A stretch of 64,000 nucleotides of DNA from positions 4,177-68,176 of the forward strand of contig JAUSCK010000173.1 of NCBI GenBank assembly GCA_030651035.1, in the 5' to 3' direction. Below the pieces are notes generated by a model. That model did no database searches, was not told the DNA's origin, and saw only the letters and a program-made list of their open reading frames with translations. Shown here piece by piece: positions 24,941-34,409 of this stretch (its first letter is position 1; every line of letters starts with the position of its first letter). The DNA comes from Elusimicrobiota bacterium (GTDB lineage Bacteria; Elusimicrobiota; Elusimicrobia; Elusimicrobiales; UBA9959). Made by a program: the position numbers and the translations under genes.

Positions 24941-25960
24941 ATGAAAATAAAGCCTTTCCTGATGCTGCTGGCGGTGACCATCCCCGCTTATTTCGTCTTC
25001 GTGCGCGGCGTGAAGCATATCCCTTCCGACCTGCGCGACGCCGTTTCCGACGGCGCCTACACTTCCCTGGCCGGCCCGGCCGCCGAAGTGAATGTGCCGG
25101 AGGCCTCGGCCCCGAGGGAAAAGCCGACGAAGTCCAAGTCCATTTACGGCGCCGACGACCGCCAGGACTATTACGCCGTCAACGCCGCCCTGAAGGAGCT
25201 GTCGGACTCGGTGGTCTCGCTCTGGGAGTCCAAGAGCGTCACGGTGGCGGACGGCACGGCCGGACTGGGCGTGATGGCCTTCGGGCGCGCCGCCGGGCTC
25301 TGCCCCGGCGAGAGGTTCGCCGAGCAGCCCATGGGCGCTTTCTGTTCCGGCTCGCTGGTGGGCGAGGACCTGGTAATGACGGCCGGCCACTGCATAGTCG
25401 ACCAGGCTAAATGCGCCGACACCAAGTTCGTGTTCGGCTTCGCCCTTAAAAAGGAAGGCGATTACCCGCGCTCGGTCCCGGCCAGTGACGTGTACAACTG
25501 CGCCAGCATCATCCAGCGCGACCTGCACACCGAAACCACCTTCCTGGAAAGCGTATTCAACGGCGGGCCCGGGCCCGACTTCGCTATCATAAAGCTCGAC
25601 AGGAAGGTCACCGGCCGCAAGCCGCTGGCGATCCACAGGAAAGCCAAGCCGGCCAATGGCGACCAGCTGTTCGTCATAGGCCACCCGGTGGGCCTGCCGC
25701 TTAAAGTGGCGGGCAGCGCCAAGGTGCGCAAAGCCTCGCCCAAGTATTTCTTCATGGCCGACCTCGACACCTTCGGCGGCAACTCGGGCAGCGCGGTGTT
25801 CAACGCGAACACCAACCTGATAGAGGGCATACTGGTGCGCGGCGACGTGGACTTCGTAGTCTCACCGGCCGGCTGCAGGCTGGCCTCAGTGGTTGCGCAG
25901 GACGCCGGCAAGGGCGAAGCTGTGACCAAGATATCCGCGGTGGAGAAATATATACCCTGA
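24941..25960 (+). CDS. Secreted trypsin-like (V8/Glu-specific type) serine protease
   Basis: Start at ATG 24941, with GGAGG at 24933-24937. It has signal peptide MKIKPFLMLLAVTIPAYFVF, His motif MTAGHCI, DFAIIKL and Ser motif GGNSGSAVF. Confidence 0.88.
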   Translation: MKIKPFLMLLAVTIPAYFVFVRGVKHIPSDLRDAVSDGAYTSLAGPAAEVNVPEASAPREKPTKSKSIYGADDRQDYYAVNAALKELSDSVVSLWESKSVTVADGTAGLGVMAFGRAAGLCPGERFAEQPMGAFCSGSLVGEDLVMTAGHCIVDQAKCADTKFVFGFALKKEGDYPRSVPASDVYNCASIIQRDLHTETTFLESVFNGGPGPDFAIIKLDRKVTGRKPLAIHRKAKPANGDQLFVIGHPVGLPLKVAGSAKVRKASPKYFFMADLDTFGGNSGSAVFNANTNLIEGILVRGDVDFVVSPAGCRLASVVAQDAGKGEAVTKISAVEKYIP

Positions 25961-25983
25961 ACAAGCTGTATAGCTGCAAACAA

Positions 25984-26018
25984 AAGCCGCCGGGGAAGTC
26001 CCCGGCGGTTTTGTTTTT
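25984..26018. terminator. Bidirectional rho-independent terminator between protease and pgm
   Basis: GCCGCCGGGG-aagt-CCCCGGCGG is flanked by an A-run and a T-run. Confidence 0.75.
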
Positions 26019-26053
26019 GACAAATACCGTAAAAAACCCACGCCGTCTTTTTT

Positions 26054-27691
26054 CTAGGCGGGAAGACTTTTTATCAGGGCTTCGGCTTCCTGGAAGATGC
26101 GGGCCAGGTGGGCCTCGGAGCGGAAGCTTTCGGCGTAGATCTTGTAAACCTCCTCGGTGCCCGAGGGGCGCGCGGCGAACCAGCCGCCGGGGGTGATAAC
26201 CTTTATGCCGCCTATCGGTTCGTCGTTGGCTGGCGCGCGCGCAAGCACGGCCTCTATCTTTTCCCCCGCCAGTTCCTTGACCTTCACCTGCTCCGGGGTC
26301 AGCGTCTTCAGCAGCTTCTTCATGGCCGCGGTGGCCGGCGCGTCCTGCCGGCGGTAGAAGAATTCGCCGTATTTTTCGGTAAGCTGCTTATACAGCTGCG
26401 CCGGGTCCTTGCCCAGGCGCGCGGTTATCTCGGCCGAAAGCAGCGCCATTATTATGCCGTCCTTGTCCGTGCTCCAGGACCCGCCGTAGAAACCGAGGAA
26501 CGAAGCCCCCGCGCTTTCCTCCCCGCCGAAGCCGAGGCTGCCGTCCAGCAGCCCGTCCACGAACCATTTGAACCCTACCGGGACCTCGCAGAGCCGGCGC
26601 TCCAGCCCCGCCGCAACGCGGTCTATCATGGAGCTCGAGACGGCGGTCTTCCCCACGGCGGCGTCCGCGCGCCACCCGGGCCGGTTCTGGAACAGGTAAT
26701 AGATGGCCGCCGACAAATAATGGTTGGGCGGCAGCAGGCCGGCGCGGGTAACTATGCCGTGCCGGTCATAGTCGGTGTCGCAGCCGAAACTTATGTCGAA
26801 ATTGTCCTTCATTCCTATAAGCCGCCGCATGGCGTAGGGCGAAGAGGGGTCCATGCGTATCTTGCCGTCCCAATCGGCCGTCATGAAGGCGAATGATTTG
26901 TCCACCGCATCGTTGACCACGGTGAGGTTTATGCCGTACAGCTCGGCTATCTTCTCCCAGTATTTCACGCCCGCGCCGCCCAGCGGGTCCGCGCCCATTT
27001 TTATGCCCGCGCCGCGTATGGCGTCCATGTCTATCACGCCGGCCAGCCCCCCGACATATTCCGCGGCAAAATCGTAGCGACGCGTGGTGTTGGCGTTCAG
27101 CGCGGCGGCCAGCTGCATCCGCTTCACGCCGGCGAGGCCGTTCTTAAGGATCTCGTTGGCGAGGTCCTGCACCTGGCCGGTTATCTCCGGGCCGGCGGGG
27201 CCGCCGCTGGGCGGGTTGTATTTATAGCCGCCGTCGGAGGGCGGGTTATGCGAAGGGGTGATAAGTATGCCGTCGGCGAGGCCGGTGGTGCGCCCGGTGT
27301 TATGGGCCAGTATGGCGCGGGACAGGGCCGGCGTGGGCGTGTAGCCGCTGTCCGAGTCTATCATCACGCACACGCCGTTGGCGGCCAGCACTTCAAGCGC
27401 GGTCTCGAAGGCCGGCACCGACAGCGCGTGCGTGTCTATGCCCATGAACAGCGGGCCGTCTATGCCGGCGGCTTTGCGGTACTGGCAGATGGCCTGCGTT
27501 ACCGCCAGGATGTGCCGCTCGTTGAACGAACGCGCCAGCGAACTGCCCCGGTGCCCGGAGGTACCGAAAGAGATCCGCTGCTCCGCCTCGGCGGGATCCG
27601 GAACTTCCTTGTAGTAGGCCGCCAGCAGTTTGGGAATATCCGTCAGCAGCTCTGCAGGCAGCGTTTTCCCGGCATGTTCGCTTATCGGCAT
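26054..27691 (-). CDS. pgm: Phosphoglucomutase (alpha-D-glucose-phosphate specific)
   Basis: 545 aa. It has FGTSGHRG, active-site TPSHNP, the metal loop GCDTDYDRHG and GGEESAG. Confidence 0.93.
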   Translation of the reverse strand: MPISEHAGKTLPAELLTDIPKLLAAYYKEVPDPAEAEQRISFGTSGHRGSSLARSFNERHILAVTQAICQYRKAAGIDGPLFMGIDTHALSVPAFETALEVLAANGVCVMIDSDSGYTPTPALSRAILAHNTGRTTGLADGILITPSHNPPSDGGYKYNPPSGGPAGPEITGQVQDLANEILKNGLAGVKRMQLAAALNANTTRRYDFAAEYVGGLAGVIDMDAIRGAGIKMGADPLGGAGVKYWEKIAELYGINLTVVNDAVDKSFAFMTADWDGKIRMDPSSPYAMRRLIGMKDNFDISFGCDTDYDRHGIVTRAGLLPPNHYLSAAIYYLFQNRPGWRADAAVGKTAVSSSMIDRVAAGLERRLCEVPVGFKWFVDGLLDGSLGFGGEESAGASFLGFYGGSWSTDKDGIIMALLSAEITARLGKDPAQLYKQLTEKYGEFFYRRQDAPATAAMKKLLKTLTPEQVKVKELAGEKIEAVLARAPANDEPIGGIKVITPGGWFAARPSGTEEVYKIYAESFRSEAHLARIFQEAEALIKSLPA

Positions 27692-27718
27692 ATTTATCCC
27701 CTTGATTATTCGCGCTGG

Positions 27719-28576
27719 TTAAGTCCGATATTCTCTCAAATGGCGAGGCGCTTGGCAAATGCGCGCCCGCTGTGCGGCCCCTGAAGGCTCCCGCGGCTTT
27801 TTCAGTTCCCTTACACCGCCCAGGGACCTGACGGCCGTCTTTATTTCGCCGACGCATACTTTCGCATTGTGCAGCACCTCGTGCTCGCCGAACCGGAGCG
27901 TCGCCCAGCCGAAGCGCTTCAGCCATTTGTCCCTGGCGGCGTCTTTAGCGTGCTGCCCGGGGGTGGAATGGCAGCAGCGCCCGTCGCATTCGATATCCAG
28001 CTTTCCCCTTTTACAGAATAGCGCGAAGTCCAGCCGGTATTTCACCTTTCCGCCGCGCAGGATAACATGCTCCCGGCGAAAGCCGAGCCCGGCGGCTTTC
28101 AGCGCGGCGCACATCATGTTTTCTACGGGGACCACGTTGAAGACTCCGAGGATATCTTCGGCCTGCCCCAGGCGCCGCAGCGGGGCGTAGCCGAAAGAGA
28201 CCCTGCTGCCGCTGGTATTAAGGATTTCGCGGGGAAGCTTAATGAGCGGCCCCAGGCTGTATTTCACGTAAAGCTGCAGCGCCCCCGGATGTCCGGGCTC
28301 ATCCGGGAGAATATCGATCCTGCGCCAGGTAGAGCAGCCCGCGACTTCGGCATAACAGGCTATTCTTTTCCCGGCGGCCTTAAAGCAGGCCGGCTGGTAG
28401 AAAGCTATGTGCGTAAAGCCGCCCCTCGGCGCTTTCCTGAGCGGTATCCTGTACCAGCGGTCCTCCGCCGCGATCGCCAGGTCGCGCGGCGCCCTCAGGA
28501 CCGCGATCAGGGCGGTTTTTTCCGGCGGGGATTTCACGCGCCGGGCGCCGCAATTTATAATCGTTTCTTTGTACAT
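27719..28576 (-). CDS. DUF559 (Vsr-like endonuclease fold) domain protein with uncharacterised N-terminal domain
   Basis: The C-terminus KYRLDFALFCKRGKLDIECDGRCCHS...DAARDKWLKRFGWATLRFGEHEV fits the DUF559 pattern. The N-terminal ~150 aa (WYRIPLRKAPRGGFTHIAFYQP...) are unassigned. Confidence 0.75.
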   Translation of the reverse strand: MYKETIINCGARRVKSPPEKTALIAVLRAPRDLAIAAEDRWYRIPLRKAPRGGFTHIAFYQPACFKAAGKRIACYAEVAGCSTWRRIDILPDEPGHPGALQLYVKYSLGPLIKLPREILNTSGSRVSFGYAPLRRLGQAEDILGVFNVVPVENMMCAALKAAGLGFRREHVILRGGKVKYRLDFALFCKRGKLDIECDGRCCHSTPGQHAKDAARDKWLKRFGWATLRFGEHEVLHNAKVCVGEIKTAVRSLGGVRELKKPREPSGAAQRARICQAPRHLREYRT

Positions 28577-28596
28577 ACGCCTCTTGCCGCATAAAT

Positions 28597-28629
28597 AGCA
28601 TAGCAGACGAACCCGACAAGGGCCTGTCG
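28597..28629 (-). promoter_or_regulatory. Palindromic box CGACAGGCCCTTGTCG + 11 nt + TATGCT
   Basis: It lies upstream of the DUF559 gene. The spacer is GGTTCGTCTGC. Confidence 0.5.
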
Positions 28630-28931
28630 GGTTGGCGTAACGCGGAGCGTGTATTTTCTCCCGAATTTCCCGCCCCGCCGGCTCAGACGGGCTCCGTACC
28701 GCCGGGCTGGAATTTCCAGAAATGCGCGATGTCCATATCCGCCGGGATATTGTCGCCGTGGGCGCCCCCGAACAGCTTTACGATAGTCCCGGCGACCGAA
28801 GTTATAGAATATTCGTCCATATCAGTGAAAAGCGGCCCGTCCCCCGACCTTTTAAAACAGACCTTTGGCCTATGGCGGCGTAGGCCCTTTGGCACTTATC
28901 AATAAAGGCGCATATACGTATACTAATACTA

Positions 28932-29948
28932 ATGAGGATAACAACTCCCGCTGCAAAGAAAAACCACATGCGCATGCTCCTGGCCTGCCTGGCCCTCGTC
29001 TTGTTCAGCGCCTCCGGCCTCCGGGCCCAGCTGAAAGTCTCTTTCGTGAACGTCGGCCAGGGCGACGCGATCTATATCGAATTTCCCAACGGCAGGAACG
29101 CGCTGATAGACGGCGGCCCTTCCGGCGTGCTTATAGACAGTTTCCTGAAATCCAAAGGCGTGACCAAAATAGATTACTTAGCCCTGACCCACCCCCACAG
29201 CGACCATTACAGGGGCCTCAAGAAAATTTTCTCCGACTACCAGGTCAACAATTATTACGACACCAAGGCCGAGAACGTGGACGCTATCGGCGACAACAAC
29301 CTGCGCGAACTGGCCGCGGCCGAGCCGGGCTGCGCCACCCACTATCCCAAACCGGGCGATAACCTGAACTGGGACTCGAAAGTGACCATCAAGGTCTTCA
29401 ACGCCTGCTGGGAGCCGGTCCAGATGCACAATAACGACGAGACCAACAACTGCTCCCTGGTGATGCGGCTTTACTACAACGGCAACGGCATCCTGCTGAC
29501 CGGCGACGCGAATTCCGAGATAGAGACCGAGATGCTGAGCCACTTCAAATCGGGGCTCCAGTCCAACATACTCAAGGTCGGGCATCACGGCTCGCGCACT
29601 TCCACCAGCGACGCCTTCCTGGCGCGCGTGCGGCCGGACTACGCTTTCATCTCCGTAGGCGTGAACAACAATTACGGCCACCCCCACATGGAGACGCTGG
29701 GCCGCCTCAGGAACGCCGGCGCCAAGATCTACCTGACCACCGCCGGAACGCAGTCTTTCACCATTCCCGCGCCTGGCAGGGACGCGTTAGGCCCCGTGAA
29801 TCTGATAGTCACGGAAGAGCCCGCGGCAACGGCCGAAAAGCCGGTGGAAGAGCGGTTTTCGCCTGTGAACCTGGCCTGGGACCCCTCCATTCCGGAGGAC
29901 TGGAGCTCGGCGGCTCTCAGCCAGCTTAAGGACCAGGCCGCCAGGTAA
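28932..29948 (+). CDS. Secreted ComEC-type MBL-fold metallo-hydrolase
   Basis: It has a signal peptide-like LLACLALVLFSASGLRAQ, VNVGQGDAIYIEFPNGRNALIDGG, LTHPHSDH, LLTGDA and VGHHGS. TATACT lies 7 nt upstream of the ATG. Confidence 0.8.
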   Translation: MRITTPAAKKNHMRMLLACLALVLFSASGLRAQLKVSFVNVGQGDAIYIEFPNGRNALIDGGPSGVLIDSFLKSKGVTKIDYLALTHPHSDHYRGLKKIFSDYQVNNYYDTKAENVDAIGDNNLRELAAAEPGCATHYPKPGDNLNWDSKVTIKVFNACWEPVQMHNNDETNNCSLVMRLYYNGNGILLTGDANSEIETEMLSHFKSGLQSNILKVGHHGSRTSTSDAFLARVRPDYAFISVGVNNNYGHPHMETLGRLRNAGAKIYLTTAGTQSFTIPAPGRDALGPVNLIVTEEPAATAEKPVEERFSPVNLAWDPSIPEDWSSAALSQLKDQAAR

Positions 29949-29963
29949 AACGCGTTTTTTATC

Positions 29964-29994
29964 AAAAAACCGGGGCCCCCGCTCCGGTTTTTTT
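29964..29994. terminator. Bidirectional terminator hairpin
   Basis: AAAAAACCGGGGC-ccc-GCTCCGGTTTTTTT lies between convergent genes. Confidence 0.65.
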
Positions 29995-30010
29995 GTCCCC
30001 CGGGATCTTT

Positions 30011-30718
30011 CTACTTTTTCGCTTTCGGGACCTCGCAGATGTACCAGTTCTCCAGCTTCTCGCGCGCCCAGGGCGTTTGCCGCAGGAAAGTCAGGCTGGA
30101 CTTTATGCTGGGATCGTATTGGAAACAGCGGATGGGAATGCGCTGCCCCAGCCCTTCCCAGCCGTGCAGCCCTACCATGTAAGTGAGGAGAGCTTCCAGC
30201 GTAAGGCCGTGCAGCGGGTCGCGGGATTTTTTGGTGGGCGCGGGCTTGACGGAGGATTCGGCTATAGCCGCGGCGTAAGCGTTCCCCGAGCAGCACTCGC
30301 CCAGCGGGTTTTTCTCACCGCAATTGCATTTCGGCACCGCGCCGGTTATCTCCTTGATTATCACGGACCAGCGCGTAGCCCCTGTTTTCTCGACGGCGGC
30401 CAGCACCTGGGCTTTAGTAACCCCCGCGCAGTAGCAGGCGTACACGGGCTCCGCCCCCGCCTTGAAAAAAACAGGGACAGAAACGTCCTCCTGTTTGAAC
30501 ATAATACCCTTCGGATGGAAATAAACGACCGCGCAATCGGGGTTTTCGCAGATCAAGTATCTGTCATGCGGGGCGGCATGGCCGGGCTTAAGCAGCTTCC
30601 TCACCGTATTTCCCGGCACAATTTCGCCCGCCTCCCCGCAAACGGGGCAGGCAGGCCTGTCCCCGTCCCGGGCCTTACCGCCGCAAGGCTCGCCGCACCC
30701 GCACGATTTTTCGGTCAT
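30011..30718 (-). CDS. Cys-rich metal-binding protein fused to a DUF2132 (VF530-like) C-terminal domain
   Basis: The N-terminus has CGCGEPCGG...CPVCGE...CENPDC...ACYCAG...CNCGEKNPLGECCSG. The C-terminus reads DPLHGLTLEALLTYMVGLHGWEGLGQRIPIRCF..DPSIKSSLTFLRQTPWAREKLENWY. Confidence 0.65.
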   Translation of the reverse strand: MTEKSCGCGEPCGGKARDGDRPACPVCGEAGEIVPGNTVRKLLKPGHAAPHDRYLICENPDCAVVYFHPKGIMFKQEDVSVPVFFKAGAEPVYACYCAGVTKAQVLAAVEKTGATRWSVIIKEITGAVPKCNCGEKNPLGECCSGNAYAAAIAESSVKPAPTKKSRDPLHGLTLEALLTYMVGLHGWEGLGQRIPIRCFQYDPSIKSSLTFLRQTPWAREKLENWYICEVPKAKK

Positions 30719-30766
30719 ATTTATATCCGCCCGGCCATCAAGGAAAAGTTGCGTGCCACCTTTTTC

Positions 30767-31600
30767 TTATCGCGCGGAGCGGCTTAGTCTCTCCGTTTTG
30801 AACAGCCCTTCGGAAGTGATCACGAATTCCAACCTGGTATTGTCCTGGTTTATACAGCCAAAAACATAATCGCCGTCAATTTCATACTGCTCCGCCGCCA
30901 CCCCGCCCGAGGAGCGCAGAGCGGCGCATTTAGCGCCGAATGTCCCGGAGTTAGCCCGGACCCCGGCCGGGACGGCGTCCCGGGAGTATTTAATATCGTA
31001 CGCCGTCGGATAAAGGGCCAGGAGATACACGGAAGAACAGAACGAAGCCACCTCCCCCTCGATCTCGGAGATATTGAAAGCCAGAATCCTTTTGTACACC
31101 CTGTCTTCCCTGAACGCGATCTCGTCGGTGGCCGTTTCGGTCCTGTATGTCTTGAGCGTGCCGCCCTCCAGCGGGCCTGGGCCGATCGGGGCCGAGCTCA
31201 CCAACTCCATGCTCTTCCCGTAAAGTTTTTCTATCTCCGCCAGGCCCCGCTTCAGGGGGATGAAGTCCGTCGCCGCGGGGAGCCCTTCCGGAACAATTCC
31301 CCTGTCCGCCCTGTCGCCGGCTTCCTGCGCGGCTGGCTTCTCCGCCTGCGCGGGAGGCGCGTCCCGGCGCGGCAGGTAATGGTAAAGCGCCAGCACGCCA
31401 AGACTGAACAGGGCCACGCCGGCGCAAATAACCAGTAAATTTTTAAGACTGCTCCAGCGGGAAGAGCCCGCTGATCCCGGTATGGCGGCCTGCACCGGCG
31501 CTTCGGCCTGAAGCTGGACGAGCCTGCCGCACCCCGTGCAGAGCGAGGTAGCGGCGGAGACTTCCTTTCCGCAATCAGGACATTGTGTTAGCGTGGTCAT
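30767..31600 (-). CDS. Zinc-ribbon membrane-anchored hypothetical protein
   Basis: CPDCGKEVSAATSLCTGCG is followed by the TM helix LLVICAGVALFSLGVLALYHYL. Confidence 0.6.
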   Translation of the reverse strand: MTTLTQCPDCGKEVSAATSLCTGCGRLVQLQAEAPVQAAIPGSAGSSRWSSLKNLLVICAGVALFSLGVLALYHYLPRRDAPPAQAEKPAAQEAGDRADRGIVPEGLPAATDFIPLKRGLAEIEKLYGKSMELVSSAPIGPGPLEGGTLKTYRTETATDEIAFREDRVYKRILAFNISEIEGEVASFCSSVYLLALYPTAYDIKYSRDAVPAGVRANSGTFGAKCAALRSSGGVAAEQYEIDGDYVFGCINQDNTRLEFVITSEGLFKTERLSRSAR

Positions 31601-31603
31601 AAT

Positions 31604-32197
31604 TTATTTTTTATCTAAACTTATAGTGGCGCGGCATCCGGGGTAGTTGGGGCAGCCCCAGAACTTGGAGCCGGCGACGGGGCCGCGCTGGGCGATGCGC
31701 AGGACCATGCGGGTTTTGCAGTCGGGGCAGACGGGGTCGTTGTCGGACAGCGCCTGCAGCTTCTCCCTGGCCGCCAGCTCTTCCCGCATTCCCGGCGGCA
31801 TGGAAGCGCCGGGCTTCCCTCCCGGGAGAAGAACAGCCACCACGGGGATATCCGCGCTGGAAAGATCGTATTTTAACAGGTCTCCGGGGGCGACCCACTC
31901 AAGACGGTCATGCTCGTTCAGCTTGAACTCGCCGGAGAGGTGTTCCGCCCGGTACACCAGCAGTTCGACAGGGAGATGTTTATACTCGAACTTGCTTGAG
32001 CAGATAAAACCGCCGATCCTGGTGTCGACGCCGAACTCTTCCATCAGCTCGCGCCGCAGGCACTGTTCCGGCGTCTCGCCCGGCTCCAGCTTGCCGCCGG
32101 GGAATTCCCATTTCCCGCCCAAAGCGTCGCCCTGCCTGCGCTGGGCTATCAGGATCTTCCCGTCCTTCTCTATCACCGCGGCCGTAACTTGCTTCAT
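31604..32197 (-). CDS. mutT: NUDIX hydrolase (MutT-like) fused to a C-terminal topoisomerase-type C4 zinc ribbon
   Basis: The Nudix box is GGKWEFPGGKLEPGETPEQCLRRELMEEFG. The C-terminus reads CPDCKTRMVLR...KFWGCPNYPGCRATI. Confidence 0.8.
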   Translation of the reverse strand: MKQVTAAVIEKDGKILIAQRRQGDALGGKWEFPGGKLEPGETPEQCLRRELMEEFGVDTRIGGFICSSKFEYKHLPVELLVYRAEHLSGEFKLNEHDRLEWVAPGDLLKYDLSSADIPVVAVLLPGGKPGASMPPGMREELAAREKLQALSDNDPVCPDCKTRMVLRIAQRGPVAGSKFWGCPNYPGCRATISLDKK

Positions 32198-32289
32198 AAT
32201 TTAAATAATACCAAAAACGCAAACCCGCGACAGCCTTTTTACCGCCGAACCACGCCGATACGCCGGGCCGGAAATCGTATAATTAACTG

Positions 32290-33225
32290 ATGCGCAAGTT
32301 CCTAAGCTGGTTTATGCTCATAGCGGCCCTGGGCGCCGCCTGGCACCAGTGGCATACGAAGCAAGACCAGCTCCGGGGGGTGGCGCACCTCCTCCGGGCG
32401 AAGATATTCCCCTGCTCCTCACCCATCACCTATTCCATAGGCGCCATCGACGCCGGCTACACCCTCACGCCGGAGGAATTGGCCGGCGCCCTGAGGGAAG
32501 CCGAAACCGCCTGGGAGGGCCCTGCGCGCAGGAACCTTTTTGAATTCAGGCCGGGCAGCGGCACCGTTACGATAAGCCTCGTCTACGACAACCGCCAGGC
32601 CTCGCTGGACAAGCTCAAGGCGCTGGGCATCACGACGGACCTGAGCCTGGAGTCCTACAAAGCGCTGAAAGCCAGGTTCGAACAGCTCATCGCGAAGGTG
32701 GAGTCGGAAGAAGCCAGGCTCAAGGCCATAATAAGCCGCTACAAGGAGAGGGAGGCCGCTTACAACGCCGAGGTGCGGCGCCTGAACCGGCAGGGCAGCG
32801 CCGAGTCCGCGGAACTCTGGCGCGTCAAGACAAAGAAGGCGGCGCTCTCCATGCAGTTCGGCGGCATTAAAATGATAGAGGACGCTGTGAACAGGGACGT
32901 CGACACCCTCAACGCGCTGGGCACCACGCTCAACCAGCTTATCGTGCAGCTTAATATCAACGTCGAGCAGTACAACCGCGCCGGCTCGGCCATAGGCAGG
33001 CACGAGGAAGGCACGTACAGGATCTTAAGCGGGATACAGACGATAGAGGTCTACAAGTACACGGACCGCGAGCAGCTGGTGAGCCTGCTGGCGCACGAGC
33101 TGGGCCACGCCCTGGGCCTGGACCACGTCGCCGGCGCGGAAAGCCTCATGTACCCGGTAAACAACGGCGGGGGCCTGCAATTGACGGATAAAGATATCGC
33201 GGAACTTAACCGGGTGTGCAGGTAG
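32290..33225 (+). CDS. Matrixin-like (M10) zinc metalloprotease
   Basis: It has HELGHALGLDHV followed by a Met-turn (SLMYP) and an N-terminal signal/anchor. TATAAT lies 6 nt upstream of the ATG. Confidence 0.8.
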   Translation: MRKFLSWFMLIAALGAAWHQWHTKQDQLRGVAHLLRAKIFPCSSPITYSIGAIDAGYTLTPEELAGALREAETAWEGPARRNLFEFRPGSGTVTISLVYDNRQASLDKLKALGITTDLSLESYKALKARFEQLIAKVESEEARLKAIISRYKEREAAYNAEVRRLNRQGSAESAELWRVKTKKAALSMQFGGIKMIEDAVNRDVDTLNALGTTLNQLIVQLNINVEQYNRAGSAIGRHEEGTYRILSGIQTIEVYKYTDREQLVSLLAHELGHALGLDHVAGAESLMYPVNNGGGLQLTDKDIAELNRVCR

Positions 33226-33270
33226 GTCCCGGCACCCCTGCCGCATAAACAAGCAACAAATAACAGAAGC

Positions 33271-34314
33271 TCATGCTGCCTTTTCCAAGATCATCGCTTT
33301 TCCGGCGGGGGTCAGTTCGAAAGCGGCCGTCTCGTAAACATACTTCATGAGAGGCTCGATGATATAGTGCCCGTCCTCATACCCCATTATCCTCGAAAGG
33401 TCGACTACGCGCCTTTTGCCGTCCGCGGCGCGCTCCTGGAAGCTGACATAGCCGATGCCCGAAGCGAGCATAGAGCGTATTTCGTCCAGGCCGAAAGTCG
33501 TTTTCGACGAAAGGTACATATACTCGACTCTTTTAAGGGCGTCCAGCACGCTCCCGGCATAGCAGGACGCGGCGACGGCCACCCCGTTCCTCATGGCCCT
33601 TACAACCTCGGGAACGCCTATCACGTCCAGCTCGTCCACTACGAGATAATCCGGTGAGAATTTATCCGCGTTCAGGAGCAGCTCCACGAATTCAGCGTCG
33701 GAGGAGGCGTCGAGGCAAAGGCACGACGGATGCTTCAGGATAAGATCCGAATTGTTCTGGATGGCCACTATTCTTCTGCCGGCGGGCATGCCGTCGGCAA
33801 ACACATTTACCAGCGTGCTCTTGCCCGAGGCGTTGCTTCCGGCGACCAGGACGCTTTTCCTTTGTTCGACGATTTTGTCAAAAAGCTTCTTCCCCTCTTC
33901 CGGAATGCAGCCGAATTTAATCAGCTCAGGCCAGCCCATAGGCCCGCCGGGGCGCTTCCTGATCATCACCGCATGGTATGCCGCCCCTTCGGCGCTGGTC
34001 ACTTTTGCCTGGTCGGAAAGGCTGATGTCCAGCACGACGTTAGCGCCGCCGCGTCCGCCTAGCCGGCGCGACGAATTTCCGGGAAGCGCGGACAATGACC
34101 TTACCAGAGCCGCGACAGCCGCCCTGGACGCGAACGGCGGGGGGACCGCTTCAAGCTTTCCTTTCCTTTCTATGGATACCCTGTCAAAAGCGTCTATAAA
34201 GATCTCCCTCACCTCGTTGTCGGAGTAGTATTTCCAGAGCGGGCCGAGGGCGCCCTGCAGCGATGCCATTTTACCTTCTTTGCTTTTCCCCGCGGATGAT
34301 CGTTTGTTTTTCAT
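33271..34314 (-). CDS. Type II/IV secretion-family ATPase (CpaF/VirB11-like)
   Basis: It has Walker A GSNASGKST, Walker B YLVVDEL and further family blocks. Confidence 0.8.
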   Translation of the reverse strand: MKNKRSSAGKSKEGKMASLQGALGPLWKYYSDNEVREIFIDAFDRVSIERKGKLEAVPPPFASRAAVAALVRSLSALPGNSSRRLGGRGGANVVLDISLSDQAKVTSAEGAAYHAVMIRKRPGGPMGWPELIKFGCIPEEGKKLFDKIVEQRKSVLVAGSNASGKSTLVNVFADGMPAGRRIVAIQNNSDLILKHPSCLCLDASSDAEFVELLLNADKFSPDYLVVDELDVIGVPEVVRAMRNGVAVAASCYAGSVLDALKRVEYMYLSSKTTFGLDEIRSMLASGIGYVSFQERAADGKRRVVDLSRIMGYEDGHYIIEPLMKYVYETAAFELTPAGKAMILEKAA

Positions 34315-34409
34315 AACTCCTCCCAGGATACCGGCCTTGTCTTTCAGAGTCTACCAGAAAAGATTTCACAGCGGTATCGGCATTTACCACAGGTAGGGGG
34401 CGCCGGGGA

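Noticed and set aside
24731-25684. 317-aa minus-strand ORF antisense to the serine protease gene
   Set aside because: It is Arg/Gly/Ala/His-rich low-complexity translation with no recognisable motifs. It fully overlaps a well-supported protease CDS. Long stop-free antisense frames are expected in high-GC DNA.
26108-27926. Multiple 80-260-aa ORFs on both strands overlapping pgm
   Set aside because: All overlap the strongly supported phosphoglucomutase CDS and have Arg/Gly/Ala-rich junk composition.
28683-28895. 70-aa minus-strand ORF in the divergent intergenic region between the DUF559 and ComEC-like genes
   Set aside because: It has no recognisable motif, RBS or promoter, and it overlaps the likely promoter region of the plus-strand gene.
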